Shown here: positions 32,478 to 32,509 of the stretch, piece after piece
How the letters are laid out: each line of letters starts with the position of its first letter
Position numbering within the stretch: the first letter of the stretch is position 1
Origin: Candidatus Bipolaricaulota bacterium
GTDB lineage: Bacteria; Bipolaricaulota; Bipolaricaulia; UBA7950; UBA9294
Assembly: GCA_021129875.1 (NCBI GenBank)
Contig: JAJOKK010000079.1
Coordinates: 1 to 32,509, forward strand
Length of the DNA: 32,509 nucleotides
Reading direction: 5' to 3'
The notes under the pieces: generated by a model
Databases searched by the model: none
The model's input: only the letters and a program-made list of their open reading frames with translations
What the model was told of the DNA's origin: nothing
Made by a program: the position numbers and the translations under genes

Positions 32478-32509
32478 GATCATCCTCTTTTAAAGAAGGT
32501 TCGAGGTTC

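Overview
This is a 32.5-kb piece of a moderately GC-rich bacterial chromosome (roughly 55-60 % GC by eye). The gene content includes a beta-barrel-like protein ending in Phe, an MMPL/HpnN-like exporter, SpoVS, and Zn-ribbon forms of L24, S14 and L36, with no L30. This points to a diderm, probably uncultivated-type lineage that I cannot name from sequence alone. Positions 15934-32483 (all minus strand) are a tightly packed fusA-S10-spc-alpha ribosomal super-operon: fusA, rpsJ, rplC/D/W/B, rpsS, rplV, rpsC, rplP, rpmC, rpsQ, rplN/X/E, rpsZ, rpsH, rplF/R, rpsE, rplO, secY, adk, map, infA, rpmJ, rpsM/K/D, rpoA, rplQ. It has no tuf between fusA and rpsJ and no rpmD between rpsE and rplO. The left part carries a partial mazG-like gene, a parvulin-TPR giant, spoVS, rny, an MMPL transporter, nusA, rluD, a DUF4384/PEGA surface protein, and a compact cAMP module (class III cyclase, stand-alone cNMP-binding protein, MBL-fold hydrolase). 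Four things are most worth a second look. (1) The two longest spacers (5523-6229 and 14718-15933) each hold a diverged copy of one 370-520-nt non-coding element, with hairpin-preserving double substitutions and frame-breaking indels; this is a candidate new structured RNA or non-autonomous element. (2) Several short-repeat families cluster around these copies and in the 12272-12555 spacer: AT-rich AAAATGCAAA blocks, an 18-bp x3 array, a 16-bp x6 array, a 28-bp perfect inverted repeat and a 24-bp palindrome. (3) An AT-rich 1.2-kb island next to rplQ carries a strongly SD-led 68-codon ORF. (4) The cAMP make/sense/degrade triad has no visible output domain. I recognised no rRNA or tRNA gene, CRISPR array, transposase or integrase. 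All calls come from reading the sequence and ORF track; no database search was possible.
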